Assembly: GCA_963760795.1 (NCBI GenBank)
Contig: CAVXEP010000007.1
Coordinates: 32,001-96,000 of the forward strand
Length of the DNA stretch: 64,000 nucleotides
From: an uncultured delta proteobacterium
Lineage (GTDB): Bacteria; Desulfobacterota; Binatia; UBA9968
Direction of reading: 5' to 3'
The first letter of the stretch is position 1. Each line of letters opens with the position of its first letter. This document shows, piece after piece, positions 1 to 9,523 of the stretch. Made by a program: the position numbers and the translations under genes. The notes below the pieces were generated by a model. The model was not told where the DNA came from. It saw only the letters and a list, made by a program, of their open reading frames with translations, and searched no databases.

Positions 1-45
1 CCCGGCCTATGGATCACCTGGAAAAACCGCGCGAGTTTGCAATGA
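1..45 (+). CDS. 3' end of an upstream gene, probably another MFS paralogue (partial)
   Basis: Frame 1 reads PGLWITWKNRASLQ* (TGA at 43-45), resembling the C-termini of the four downstream MFS proteins (GLFITIANRVRLK, GFIVIWKQWAKLK, GLALTILNWRKLE). Confidence 0.55.
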   Translation, partial: PGLWITWKNRASLQ

Positions 46-63
46 CAATGATGAAGAATCGTT

Positions 64-164
64 TTCACCACGAAGGGCACGAAGTTCACGAAGGTAAAAG
101 AAATCCTATTCAACACCTATACACACTTTTCCGAACTTCGTGTGCTTCATGCCTTCGTGGTGAA
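64..164. repeat. Nonamer foldback element, family A (CACGAAG units)
   Basis: ttcaccacgaagggcacgaagttcacgaag ... cttcgtgtgcttcatgccttcgtggtgaa form inverted arms. Confidence 0.9.
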
Positions 165-176
165 CAATCCTAATCC

Positions 177-1358
177 ATGGCCACGCCACAATCTCATACC
201 CTCTGGACGCGCACTTTTCTCTTGCTTTGCACCGCGCAATTTTTCGGCTCGTCGCAGCATGCGCTGCTGCAGCCGACCTTTCCGCTCTACATCACGTCGC
301 TCGGCGGCACGCCGTTTCAAGTCGGCCTGGTGATCGCCTGCTTCGCGGTCACCAGCGTGGTTTTTCGTCCGATCATCGGCGGCTGGGCCGACCAGTGGTC
401 CGAGCCCGGAGTGTCGTTTTGCGGTTTGACCTTGCTGTCGCTCGCGGTGTCGATCTGTTTCATTCCGTTGACCGAAGCGACCATGTTGGCCAACGCACTG
501 CGCGGCATCGGCTGGGCCGCCATGAGCGCCGCGGGATATTCCATGTTAGCGTTAAGCGCGCCCACCGATCGCCGCGGCGAAGCTTCTGGATATTATAGCG
601 GCGTGCAAGCCAGCGGCACGATACTCTTGCCCGCTGTCGCCCTGTGGCTCATCGCCGCGCCCTTCGGCGGCTTTCGCGTCGTCTTCACCGTCGCGGTCGC
701 CCTGGCCGCCATCGGCGCAGTTGCTGCCGCCGCGCTCAAGCGCCACATGCCACCGCGCACCCAAGAGCGCCACAGCGCACCGTCCGGTCCCTGGTGGCAG
801 GAAATTCTCAGTGTGCTAGACCGCGAGATCATTCTCGCCTCGGTCCTCTCGTTTATGTCCCATGTCACCTTCCCGGCGGTGGCGAGCTTTTTGGTGCTCT
901 ACGCCCGCGAACTGGCGATCGACAACATCGGCTGGTTCTACGTCGTCAGCGGCGCCACCAGCATCCTCGCCCGGCCGCTGCTCGGCAAAGTCTCCGACCG
1001 CATCGGCCGGGGGCGCGCGCTACTCGCCTGCTTCATCCTGGAAACTCTCGCCCTGGTACTGCTGGCTTTCGCCGCCAATCTGTTCGCCTTAATCATTTCC
1101 GGCGCGCTTTATATGCTTGGCCTCGCTATGAGTAGCTCGACGACCCTCGCCATCGCCATGGAACAAGCCAGACCTGAACGGCGCGGCCGCGCCATGGCGA
1201 CCTTTTCCATCGCTCTACCGCTCAGCAATGGCATCGGCGCTTTGATCTGCGGCAGCCTGGTACAATGGTTCGGATTCTTCGCCATGTATCTCGTCCTCGC
1301 CGCCCTCGGCGCCAGCGGACTGTTCATCACCATCGCCAACCGGGTGAGGCTGAAATAG
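177..1358 (+). CDS. MFS transporter
   Basis: 393 aa, about 12 hydrophobic segments, motif A-like GGWADQW and GKVSDRIGRGR, and RRGEASG/RRGRAMA loops. Confidence 0.93.
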   Translation: MATPQSHTLWTRTFLLLCTAQFFGSSQHALLQPTFPLYITSLGGTPFQVGLVIACFAVTSVVFRPIIGGWADQWSEPGVSFCGLTLLSLAVSICFIPLTEATMLANALRGIGWAAMSAAGYSMLALSAPTDRRGEASGYYSGVQASGTILLPAVALWLIAAPFGGFRVVFTVAVALAAIGAVAAAALKRHMPPRTQERHSAPSGPWWQEILSVLDREIILASVLSFMSHVTFPAVASFLVLYARELAIDNIGWFYVVSGATSILARPLLGKVSDRIGRGRALLACFILETLALVLLAFAANLFALIISGALYMLGLAMSSSTTLAIAMEQARPERRGRAMATFSIALPLSNGIGALICGSLVQWFGFFAMYLVLAALGASGLFITIANRVRLK

Positions 1359-1368
1359 CTCAGGGGGC

Positions 1369-1453
1369 CGTTCAAGGTTCAAGAGTTCAAGGACAGAGAT
1401 GCCACTCCGAAGTGCTTCTGCCCTTGAACTTTTGAACCCTTGAACCTTGAACG
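1369..1453. repeat. Foldback element with GTTCAAG/CTTGAAC tandem units
   Basis: cgttcaaggttcaagagttcaagg ... ccttgaacttttgaacccttgaaccttgaacg. Confidence 0.85.
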
Positions 1454-1468
1454 AATTCTTATTTTCTT

Positions 1469-2636
1469 ATGACCGACACCATCTGGACCAAGACGTTTAT
1501 TTTGCTCTGCGCCGCGCAGTTGCTGGGATATGCGCAGCATTTCATGCTCGCGCCGGTGCTGCCGCTTTTCCTCACGCAATTGGGTGCTCCTCCGGTCGTC
1601 GTCGGCATTGTGCTCGCCTGCTTCGCCGTCACCAGCGTCGTGGTCCGTCCGCTGGTCGGTCACTGGGCCGACCGTTGGAGCGAAGCCGGCGTGATGATCT
1701 CCGGTTTGCTATTTCAAGCCGTGAGCATTTTTCTCTGTTTCATTCCGTTCGTCCCGGCCACGGCATTAGCCAACGGCCTGCGCGGCATCGGCTGGGCGGG
1801 TTTGAACACCGGCGGTTACTCGCTCCTGGCGCTGATCTCGCCGGAAAAACAACGCGGCGCCGCCTCCGGTCTCTACAGCGGCGTGCAGAGCTCGGCGCAA
1901 ATCTTTTTTCCGCCCTTCGCCCTCTGGCTGCTCTACGGCTCCTTCGGCGGCTACCGCCTGGTGTTCGTCGTCACGGCGATTTTTTCCATCGCCGGCGCGC
2001 TCACCGGCTGGACGATGGCATCCTCGGTGCCACGTCCGGCGAAAGTGCACGGCACCCATGAAAAAACCGATTGGTGGCGCGAAATATTTCATTTCGTCGA
2101 GCCGGAGATTTTCCTGCCGTCGCTGCTCCTGCTCTGGCTCAACCTATCGCTGCCGGCGATCACCAACTTCATAATTCTCTACGCCAAAGAACTTGGCATC
2201 GGCAACTTCGCCGCCTATTTCGTTGTCATAGGCGCCACCAGCATGCTCGGCCGGCCGCTGCTCGGTCGCCTGTCCGATCGCATCGGCCGCGCTCGTTCCA
2301 TCGCTGCCGGCTTTGCCTTGCAGGTGATCGCCCTGGTTCTGATCACTGTGATGTCGCAATTTATTGGGCGTGATTATCTGCGGCGCGATATACATGCTCG
2401 GCAACGCCATCGGCAGCTCGACGACGCTGGCGTTGGCCGTCGAACGCGCCGATCCCCAACGGCGCGGTAAACAGATGGCGACCTTCTCCGTCGCCTACCC
2501 GTTAAGTTATGGCGTCGGCTCGCTCATCACCGGCAGCGCCATCGACATCGCCGGCTACATCGGCATGTTTCTGCTGCTGGCCGCGATCCAAGCGGGTGGA
2601 TTGATTTTTATCGTCGGGCGGCGCGCGAAACTGTAA
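1469..2636 (+). CDS. MFS transporter (one frameshift near 2360)
   Basis: ORFs 1469..2470 and 2364..2636 together give a full paralogue of the neighbouring MFS proteins (GHWADRW, GRLSDRIGRAR, QRRGKQMATFS). Confidence 0.88.
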
Positions 2637-2638
2637 AG

Positions 2639-2727
2639 GATTGGAGTGATGGAGTACTGGAGTGCTGGAGTGATGGGCGTTCCGAAAACCCAATACTCCA
2701 TTACTCCAACACTCCATCACTCCAATC
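2639..2727. repeat. Foldback element with TGGAGTNN/NNACTCCA octamer units
   Basis: gattggagtgatggagtactggagtgctggagtgatggg ... cccaatactccattactccaacactccatcactccaatc. Confidence 0.9.
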
Positions 2728-2777
2728 TTCGCCGTCCACCGCATGAGTTTTTCCCGCCGCCATGCTAGACCACAACG

Positions 2778-3962
2778 ATGTCCGTTGCATCGACGAACCG
2801 ATCCCTCTGGACGCGAGCGTTTGTGCTGCTCTGCTTGGCGGAATTTCTTTGCTATGCGCAGCACTACCTTTTGCAGCCGGCGCTGCCGCTCTATATCACC
2901 TACCTGGGTGGCTCGCCGTTCATCGTCGGTCTAGTGATCGCCGCCTTCGGCGTCACCAGCGTCATCTCGCGGCCGATCATCGGTTACTGGGTCGATCGCT
3001 GGAGCGCTCCCGGGATGATGTTTCTCGGCATGATCGGCCAGGGGCTCAGCATCTTGTTTTGCTTGCTGCCGCTCAACGCCGCGGTGATTTTTTCCAACGC
3101 GCTGCGCGGCATTGCTTGGTCGAGTATGGCGGCATCGGGTTACACGCTGCTGGCGACCTCCGCGCCGCCGCAACGTCGCGGTGAAGCATCCGGCTATTTC
3201 GGCGGCGTCCAGTCCAGCGCGACGATCATTTTCCCCGCCATTGCGCTTTGGATCATCGACTCACCGATGGGCGGTTTTCGCGCGGTATTTCTGTTGGCGA
3301 TGGCGTTCGTTTTCAGCGGCGCAATCGCGGCGTGGGCCCTGGCGCGCGTCGCACCGCAGCACAGCCAGGAAAGTAATACTGACAATCGAGATTCGTGGTG
3401 GCGCGAGATTGTCAATGTCGTCGACCGCCATATTCTCACCGCGGCGTTGCTGATATTTACTTTGAACCTGTCGCTGCCCTGTTTCTCCAGCTTCATTGTG
3501 CTTTACGCTCGCGATCTCGGCGTCGGCAACTTTGGTTGGTATTACGTTGCCGTCGGCGTGACCAGTGCGCTCGGGCGCCCGCTGCTCGGCCGCTTTTCCG
3601 ACAAACTCGGCGCCGGCCGGTCATTGCTGATCGCCTTCAGTCTAGAGACTGCGGCCTTGCTGATCATGCCGTTCGCAAGCAGTCTGCCTGGCTTAATCTT
3701 GAGCGGCGCACTTTTTTACACCGGCGCCGCCATCGGCGGCGCTCGGATCATGGCACTGGCAATGGAATCCGCGCCGGCACAGCGTCGCGGCCGAGCGATG
3801 GCGAGCTATTCCACCGCCTTGCCCCTAAGCAACGGCACCGGCGCGTTGATCAACGGCATAGTCGTCGATCTGGCCGGTTTTCGCTGGATGTTCACCATCG
3901 CCGGCATCCTCTGCTCGATGGGTTTCATCGTGATCTGGAAACAATGGGCAAAATTGAAATGA
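2778..3962 (+). CDS. MFS transporter
   Basis: 394 aa paralogue (GYWVDRW, GRFSDKLGAGR, QRRGRAMAS). Confidence 0.93.
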   Translation: MSVASTNRSLWTRAFVLLCLAEFLCYAQHYLLQPALPLYITYLGGSPFIVGLVIAAFGVTSVISRPIIGYWVDRWSAPGMMFLGMIGQGLSILFCLLPLNAAVIFSNALRGIAWSSMAASGYTLLATSAPPQRRGEASGYFGGVQSSATIIFPAIALWIIDSPMGGFRAVFLLAMAFVFSGAIAAWALARVAPQHSQESNTDNRDSWWREIVNVVDRHILTAALLIFTLNLSLPCFSSFIVLYARDLGVGNFGWYYVAVGVTSALGRPLLGRFSDKLGAGRSLLIAFSLETAALLIMPFASSLPGLILSGALFYTGAAIGGARIMALAMESAPAQRRGRAMASYSTALPLSNGTGALINGIVVDLAGFRWMFTIAGILCSMGFIVIWKQWAKLK

Positions 3963-4010
3963 CCCGCGGCACGATAATCGATCAGGTCAGCCAAAGCGAA
4001 AGAGTCCTTT

Positions 4011-4088
4011 CACCACGAAGGACACGAAGAGCACGAAGTTCGGAATTAAATTACTCGAACCCTTCGTGTCCTTCGTGCCTTCGTGGTG
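4011..4088. repeat. Nonamer foldback element, family A
   Basis: caccacgaaggacacgaagagcacgaag-ttcggaattaaattactcgaacc-cttcgtgtccttcgtgccttcgtggtg. Confidence 0.92.
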
Positions 4089-4122
4089 TAAATTATCCAT
4101 CCCATAAGAGCTTGACGCTGCC

Positions 4123-5307
4123 GTGACCATCGCCAACCACGCATCTGTTTGGACCTCCACGTTTGCCCTGCTCTGCATAGTCCAGTCGTTGGGCTATGCG
4201 CAGCAGGCCATGCTCAACCCGACGATCCCGCTCTACATCACCCAATTGGGCGGTTCGCCCTTCGTGGTCGGGTTAGCCATTTCCTCGTTTGCCGCGACCA
4301 GCGTGATCGCCCGGCCATTTATCGGATATTGGGCCGACCGCTGGAGCGAGTGCGGCGTATTGGCCTTCGGCCTGATCATGTTGGCGGCGAGCATGCTGCT
4401 GTGCTTTTTCCCCTTCGTCAGCATGGTCCTGCTCGCCAACGCCCTGCGCGGCATCGGCTGGGCTGGAGTCAACGCCGGCGGCTACGCTCTCTTGGCGCGC
4501 ATCGCCCCGGCATCGCGCCGCGGCGAGGCTGCGGGATATTACAGCGGCGCGCAATCGACGCCGACGGTGCTTTTTCCCGCCGTCGCGCTGTGGCTATTGT
4601 ACGCGCCTTTTGGCAGTTACAATTTGGTCTTTACCATCATGATCGCTTTGGGCCTAGCCGGAGCCGGTGTTTGCTATTTCATGTCCCGTCAGGTTCCCAC
4701 CGTGGAGCGTCAGGCCGACTCACAACCAGCGTCGCTCCCTTGGTGGCGGCAAATCTTCAGCGCGGCGGAACATGGCGTGTTGCTGCCCGCGGCGCTGATG
4801 TTCTGCAGTCAGCTGAGTTTCCCGGCGATCACCAGTTTCATCGTGCTTTACGCCCGCGAGATCGGCATCGGCGCCATCGGTTCCTATTTCGTCGTCAGCG
4901 GCATCGCCAGCGTGCTCGCCCGCCCATTGCTCGGCCGCGTCTCCGATCGCATCGGCATCGGCTATTCTCTGGTCGCGACTTTCACGTTGCAGTCCCTCGG
5001 CCTCATGTTATTAGTCGCTGCGTCAAACCTCGCGACGATCTTGTGCGCGGGCGTGCTCTACATGCTCGGCATGGCGATCGGCGGTTCGGCAACGCTGATC
5101 ATTGCGATGAAGCGAGCCACGCCGGAGCGGCGCGGCCGGTTCATGGCATCATTTTCAATCGCCTACCCGCTCGGCTACGGCGTCGGCGCGTTTATCACGG
5201 GTAGTGCCGTCGACATGGTCGGCTACACTTGGACTTACGTTTTGCTCGCCGTGCTCGGCAGTTCAGGACTGGCGCTGACTATCCTCAATTGGCGAAAATT
5301 GGAATAA
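4123..5307 (+). CDS. MFS transporter
   Basis: 394 aa paralogue (GYWADRW, GRVSDRIG, ERRGRFMASFS), GTG start. Confidence 0.93.
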   Translation: MTIANHASVWTSTFALLCIVQSLGYAQQAMLNPTIPLYITQLGGSPFVVGLAISSFAATSVIARPFIGYWADRWSECGVLAFGLIMLAASMLLCFFPFVSMVLLANALRGIGWAGVNAGGYALLARIAPASRRGEAAGYYSGAQSTPTVLFPAVALWLLYAPFGSYNLVFTIMIALGLAGAGVCYFMSRQVPTVERQADSQPASLPWWRQIFSAAEHGVLLPAALMFCSQLSFPAITSFIVLYAREIGIGAIGSYFVVSGIASVLARPLLGRVSDRIGIGYSLVATFTLQSLGLMLLVAASNLATILCAGVLYMLGMAIGGSATLIIAMKRATPERRGRFMASFSIAYPLGYGVGAFITGSAVDMVGYTWTYVLLAVLGSSGLALTILNWRKLE

Positions 5308-5379
5308 ACGACAAGCGCTTGTCGCCCTTTCTAGTTTACGCTAAGAGGGAGTGGGTCAAATCGAAAAGAGGAGCTTGCA

Positions 5380-6381
5380 GTGAAATTCGGCATCTTTATC
5401 TTCGGCGACAATCATCCTGAGCTCGGCCGCTCCAATCAGAAATATTACGAAGAAGTTTTGACCATGGCCGAATGGGCCGAAGAGTTGGGCTTCGACTCTT
5501 TCTGGTTGGGCGAGCATCATCTTTACTGGTACGGCACCTGCGTCTCGCCGCCGATGATCATCGCCGCTCTCGGACAGCGCACCAAACGAATTCGCCTGGG
5601 CCCGGCCATCGCCGTGCCGTCGTTTCACAACCCGCTCATCGTCGCCGAAGAGTACGCGCTGGCCGACAATCTGTGCAACGGCCGCTTGGAATTCGCCCTC
5701 GGCAGCGGCTTCTCGCCGGTGGAGTTCGAGCAATTTGGCATGTCGATGGAGGAAGCCAAAGAAAAATTCTGGGAAGGCACGGAGATAATATTCAAGGCGT
5801 GGTCACAGGAAACGTTCTCGCACCACGGCAAGCATTACAACTTCGATAACATCTCGCTCTACATGCAGCCACTGCAAAAACCCATGCCGCCGACCTGGCT
5901 CGCCGCCTCCAGCGACGAGACCTTGATCAAAGCCGGGCAGATGGGCCTACCGATGATGGGCATTCCATTCGCCCGCTCGCAGAACCTCGCCGACGTAAAG
6001 GCGAAAAACGATCTCTACACCGAGACGTTTGCCAAAGCGGGGCATAAGAACAAGCCGGAGATCATGGTTGCCATGCATTTTTATCTGCACGAGAATGAGC
6101 AAGCCGCGGTCGCCGGCGCGCGGCCCTACTTCGAGCGCGCCATCTCGTTTCACAAGACCCACCGCCGCCCCGGCTCGAAGATTCCGCAACTCGACAACAT
6201 CAAGCAAGAACGCTTGGCGCTGTTCACTACGCCGCAAGATACCGTCGCCATCCTGCGCGAATACGAAAAGATCGGCGTCACCCATGTCATCGGCATGGTC
6301 AACTTCGGCGGCGTGCCGATGGGCGACGTGCGCCGAACCCTGGAGCTAATGTCGAAGGAAGTCTTTCCCAAGTTCAGATAG
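5380..6381 (+). CDS. LLM class flavin-dependent oxidoreductase (luciferase-like)
   Basis: MKFGIF, AEELGFDSFWLGEHH, TKRIRLG, HNPLIVAEE, GRLEFALGSG, PLQKPMPP; SD gaggag upstream. Confidence 0.92.
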   Translation: MKFGIFIFGDNHPELGRSNQKYYEEVLTMAEWAEELGFDSFWLGEHHLYWYGTCVSPPMIIAALGQRTKRIRLGPAIAVPSFHNPLIVAEEYALADNLCNGRLEFALGSGFSPVEFEQFGMSMEEAKEKFWEGTEIIFKAWSQETFSHHGKHYNFDNISLYMQPLQKPMPPTWLAASSDETLIKAGQMGLPMMGIPFARSQNLADVKAKNDLYTETFAKAGHKNKPEIMVAMHFYLHENEQAAVAGARPYFERAISFHKTHRRPGSKIPQLDNIKQERLALFTTPQDTVAILREYEKIGVTHVIGMVNFGGVPMGDVRRTLELMSKEVFPKFR

Positions 6382-6504
6382 AAAGGTCCTTCAAGAAGTC
6401 TCGTCCGCAACGCTCTTGCGCACCTAGCCGCCCATCTGAACATAACCACAAGTTTCGCCACGCCGTAGAGCTGACGAAGTAAATCGCCAGCTGATGACAG
6501 AGCA

Positions 6505-6644
6505 CCCCCTTTGGAAAAGGGGGATGAAGGGGGATTTGCTTGTGGTGTGGGGCGGTTTTCTTCAACGAGGCTCGGCAATACACCGGGACGATGGCGCAGG
6601 CTGAAAGCAAGAATCTCCCAAGGCCCCTCTTTTCCAAATAGGGG
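6505..6644. repeat. C/G-tract inverted repeat element (CCCCCTTTGGAAAAGGGGG family)
   Basis: ccccctttggaaaagggggatgaagggggatt ... aatctcccaaggcccctcttttccaaatagggg; second copy at 26875. Confidence 0.8.
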
Positions 6645-6820
6645 TAACGGAAAACATGCCACGACTAGAGCGCTTAACCAAATTTGATTGCGCTACCACA
6701 CCCGCTGTGTCCAGCCGAGACTTATGGGTTACGATGAGGCAGCCATATCGAAAATCGTTGCCGTAACTGCTAAGTGATGGGAGTCACTTACAGTCGCGGC
6801 GGGACAGACAAGGTATGCGC

Positions 6821-7277
6821 ATGAGACAAACACTTTATCGGCGGAATCATCAGCACGGCGATTTTGTTGGGTACGCTATCGTCACTCCATGCCAACGAAC
6901 CCTCGCCAGCGGGTCTATGGAAAACCATCGACGATAGCTCCGGCCAGGTGAAAGGTTTGGTGCGCATTCGCGAAGCGAACGGCCGCTTTGAAGGGAAAAT
7001 CGAAAAGATCTTCCCCAAACCCGGCGAGGATCCGGCGCCCAAGTGCGATAAATGCGATGGCACGCGAAAAAACCAGCCGGTCCTCGGCATGACGATACTC
7101 TGGGGCCTGGCCAAGCAGGCGGACGACTACCAAGGCGGCGAGATCCTCGACCCGGAGAACGGCAAAGTCTATCGCGCCAAGATGAAACTCATCGACGGCG
7201 GCAAGAAGCTCGAAGTGCGCGGTTTCATCGGCGTGTCGCTGTTCGGCCGCAGCCAAATCTGGCTGCGCGAGGAATGA
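6821..7277 (+). CDS. DUF2147 family secreted protein (probable frameshift near the start)
   Basis: SPAGLWKTIDD, CDKCDG, GGEILDPENGKVY, LEVRGFIG..GRSQIW are typical of DUF2147; the signal-peptide-like stretch upstream of 6864 is one base out of frame with ATG 6821. Confidence 0.85.
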
Positions 7278-7325
7278 AGCATTGCTGCTCTTTGGATCAG
7301 CTGTGAGAAAAAGTAGGACCCTGCC

Positions 7326-8783
7326 ATGACCGAAGTATATTTCCAAGACACCACCATCCGCGACGGCGCCCAGAGTCTGTGGGCCTACAACATCCGCACC
7401 GGGATGATCGCGCCGATCTGCGCGCAACTCGACGACGCCGGCTTCGAAGCCATCGAGCTCGGCGGTCCCATTGAAATCCCCAAGTGCGTCAAAGAGCTGC
7501 GCGAAGATCCCTGGGAGCGCTACCGATTGATTATTCCGAAATTCAAACGCACGCCGCTGCGGTTGGTGCATGGCTCGCGCAGCGGCTTCGCCATTTATCC
7601 CGATGCCCTGCACCAACTCTTCGATACCTGCATGGCCAATGTCGGCGTCAGCGAAGTGCGCATTTCCGATTCATGGAACGATGCCGCGGACTGGGCCTGG
7701 CGCGTCAAGCAGGCCAAGAACGCGGGCCTGAAACCGATTATCAATTTGATCTACACCGTGTCGCCGCGCCACACGGACGAATATTACGCCAAGAAAATTC
7801 GCGAAGCCAAAGCCCTCGATGTCTATCGGACCATATTCAAAGATCCGGGCGGAATCTTGACGCCAGAGCGCACCAAGACCGCGGTGCCGGCGATTCTCAA
7901 AGCCGCCGGCGATATGACGGTGGAGCTGCACACCCACTGCACCACCGGCCTCGGCACGCTATGCTGTTTGGAGGCGATCAAAGCCGGCATGGTGCATATC
8001 AACACGGCGATTCCACCGCTCGCCGACGGCTCGGGAAACCCGTCGCTATTCAATGTCGCCATGAACGCGCGCGCCCTGGGCTATAAAACCATGATCAACG
8101 AAGCACCCCTGCGCGAGGCATCCAAGTTTCTCACCGCCTGCGCCAGGCAGGCGAATCTTCCCATCGGCAAAACTCCCGAGTACGACTACGCGCAATATGT
8201 CCATCAAATCCCCGGCGGTATGATTTCCAACCTGCGCCATCAATTGAGCCGTGTCGGCATGGATGACAAAATCGATCAGACTCTAGAAGAAGCCGCCCAG
8301 GTGCGCGCCGATTTCGGTTATCCGATCATGGTCACGCCGCTGTCGCAGTTCGTCGGCAGCCAGGCCGCCATCAATGTGATCGTCGGCGAACGCTACAAAC
8401 AGGTCACCGACCAGACGATTGAATACGCCATGGGTATCTGGGGCAAAGAAGGCGCGCAGTTCATGGACCAGAACGTCAAAGAGAAAATACTCAATCGCCC
8501 GCGCGCCAAAGAGATCGCCGGCCGCCCCCACCCAACCGACACGCTCCAAGAGCTGCGCAAAAAGTACGGGGGCAAGAACGACGAAGAACTCTTGTTGCGA
8601 TTTTTTTCCAGCAAAGAGGACGTCGACCGCATGTACGCCGCCGGCCCGGCGCGGACCTATACGAGCGGCGATAATCCGCTGGTCAATCTCGTCGACGAGT
8701 TGTCGAAACAAAAAGACCGCGCTAGCGTCTTCATTCAACGGCCCGGCTTCACGCTGCGCATGCAACGCCGCAGCGCAGCATGA
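7326..8783 (+). CDS. Pyruvate/oxaloacetate carboxyltransferase-family protein (DRE-TIM fold, no biotinyl domain)
   Basis: DTTIRDGAQSLW, EDPWER, FKDPGG, HTHCTTG, HQIPGGMISNL, GYPIMVTPLSQFVG; no MKM biotin motif. Confidence 0.88.
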   Translation: MTEVYFQDTTIRDGAQSLWAYNIRTGMIAPICAQLDDAGFEAIELGGPIEIPKCVKELREDPWERYRLIIPKFKRTPLRLVHGSRSGFAIYPDALHQLFDTCMANVGVSEVRISDSWNDAADWAWRVKQAKNAGLKPIINLIYTVSPRHTDEYYAKKIREAKALDVYRTIFKDPGGILTPERTKTAVPAILKAAGDMTVELHTHCTTGLGTLCCLEAIKAGMVHINTAIPPLADGSGNPSLFNVAMNARALGYKTMINEAPLREASKFLTACARQANLPIGKTPEYDYAQYVHQIPGGMISNLRHQLSRVGMDDKIDQTLEEAAQVRADFGYPIMVTPLSQFVGSQAAINVIVGERYKQVTDQTIEYAMGIWGKEGAQFMDQNVKEKILNRPRAKEIAGRPHPTDTLQELRKKYGGKNDEELLLRFFSSKEDVDRMYAAGPARTYTSGDNPLVNLVDELSKQKDRASVFIQRPGFTLRMQRRSAA

Positions 8784-8792
8784 GCTAAACAA

Positions 8793-8880
8793 CTGGAACC
8801 CTTGGAACAATGCAACAATTGGAACCCGTCCAAGGTTTTGGACGAAACGTAACGATGGAACGACTTGAACAGTTTGAACC
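8793..8880. repeat. Degenerate T(G/T)GAAC tandem units
   Basis: ctggaacccttggaac...ttggaacc...atggaacgacttgaacagtttgaacc. Confidence 0.65.
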
Positions 8881-8902
8881 TGTTCAGTTTGAGAGGTAAA
8901 CC

Positions 8903-9430
8903 ATGGCACGCGTGACGTTAATCGGCGAAGCCGATCATCCCGAGCTCGCCGACTCCATCGCCAAGATCAAAGGCGCCCGCGGCGGACGGCTGATCAACGT
9001 CTATCGCTTGATGCTCCATAGTCCGGCGCTGGCCAACGCCTGGTTCGAGTTCAATCAAGCGGTGCGCTACGGCACCGAGATCGACGGCCAGTGCCGCGAG
9101 ATCGCGGTCATCCGCGTCGCGCTATTGAACAAGGTCGAGTACATCCAACGCGCCCATGGACCGGCCTACGCACTGAAAGAAGGCTTGACGCCCGAGCAGG
9201 TCACCGCAATCGGCGACTGGCACCCGTCGAAGTTATTTAACCACAAGCAGCGCGCTCTGCTCGCCTACACCGACGCCATGACACGCGAAGTCGACGTGCC
9301 GGACAGCGTGTTTGCCGAACTGCGCCAACACTTCAGCGAGCGGCAGGAGGTCGAACTGACCATGCTCATCGGCGCCTACAACATGCTGACAAGATTTTTG
9401 CAGGCACTAAAAGTCGACCCGGAACCCTGA
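8903..9430 (+). CDS. Carboxymuconolactone decarboxylase/AhpD-like family protein
   Basis: NVYRLMLHSP, REIAVIRVA, EY..AH, RALLAYTDAMT, VELTMLIGAYN. Confidence 0.85.
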   Translation: MARVTLIGEADHPELADSIAKIKGARGGRLINVYRLMLHSPALANAWFEFNQAVRYGTEIDGQCREIAVIRVALLNKVEYIQRAHGPAYALKEGLTPEQVTAIGDWHPSKLFNHKQRALLAYTDAMTREVDVPDSVFAELRQHFSERQEVELTMLIGAYNMLTRFLQALKVDPEP

Positions 9431-9433
9431 GCA

Positions 9434-9519
9434 TTCGTTCAAGGTTCAAACGTTCAACGTTCAAGGTCAGAAACCGGAGTTCAACGTTAAACTTTTGAAC
9501 CGTTGAACTGTTGAACGAA
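9434..9519. repeat. Foldback element with GTTCAA/TTGAAC units
   Basis: ttcgttcaaggttcaaacgttcaacgttcaagg ... cttttgaaccgttgaactgttgaacgaa. Confidence 0.85.
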
Positions 9520-9523
9520 ATTT

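Noticed and set aside
4149-5204. Long alternative-frame or antisense ORFs (e.g. 4149..5204, 10850..11923, 22505..23599, 59621..60550)
   Set aside because: Shadow ORFs of well-supported genes in GC-rich DNA, with no recognisable motifs
6645-6800. Possible riboswitch, ncRNA or IS end upstream of the DUF2147 gene
   Set aside because: No recognisable conserved motif or matching inverted end
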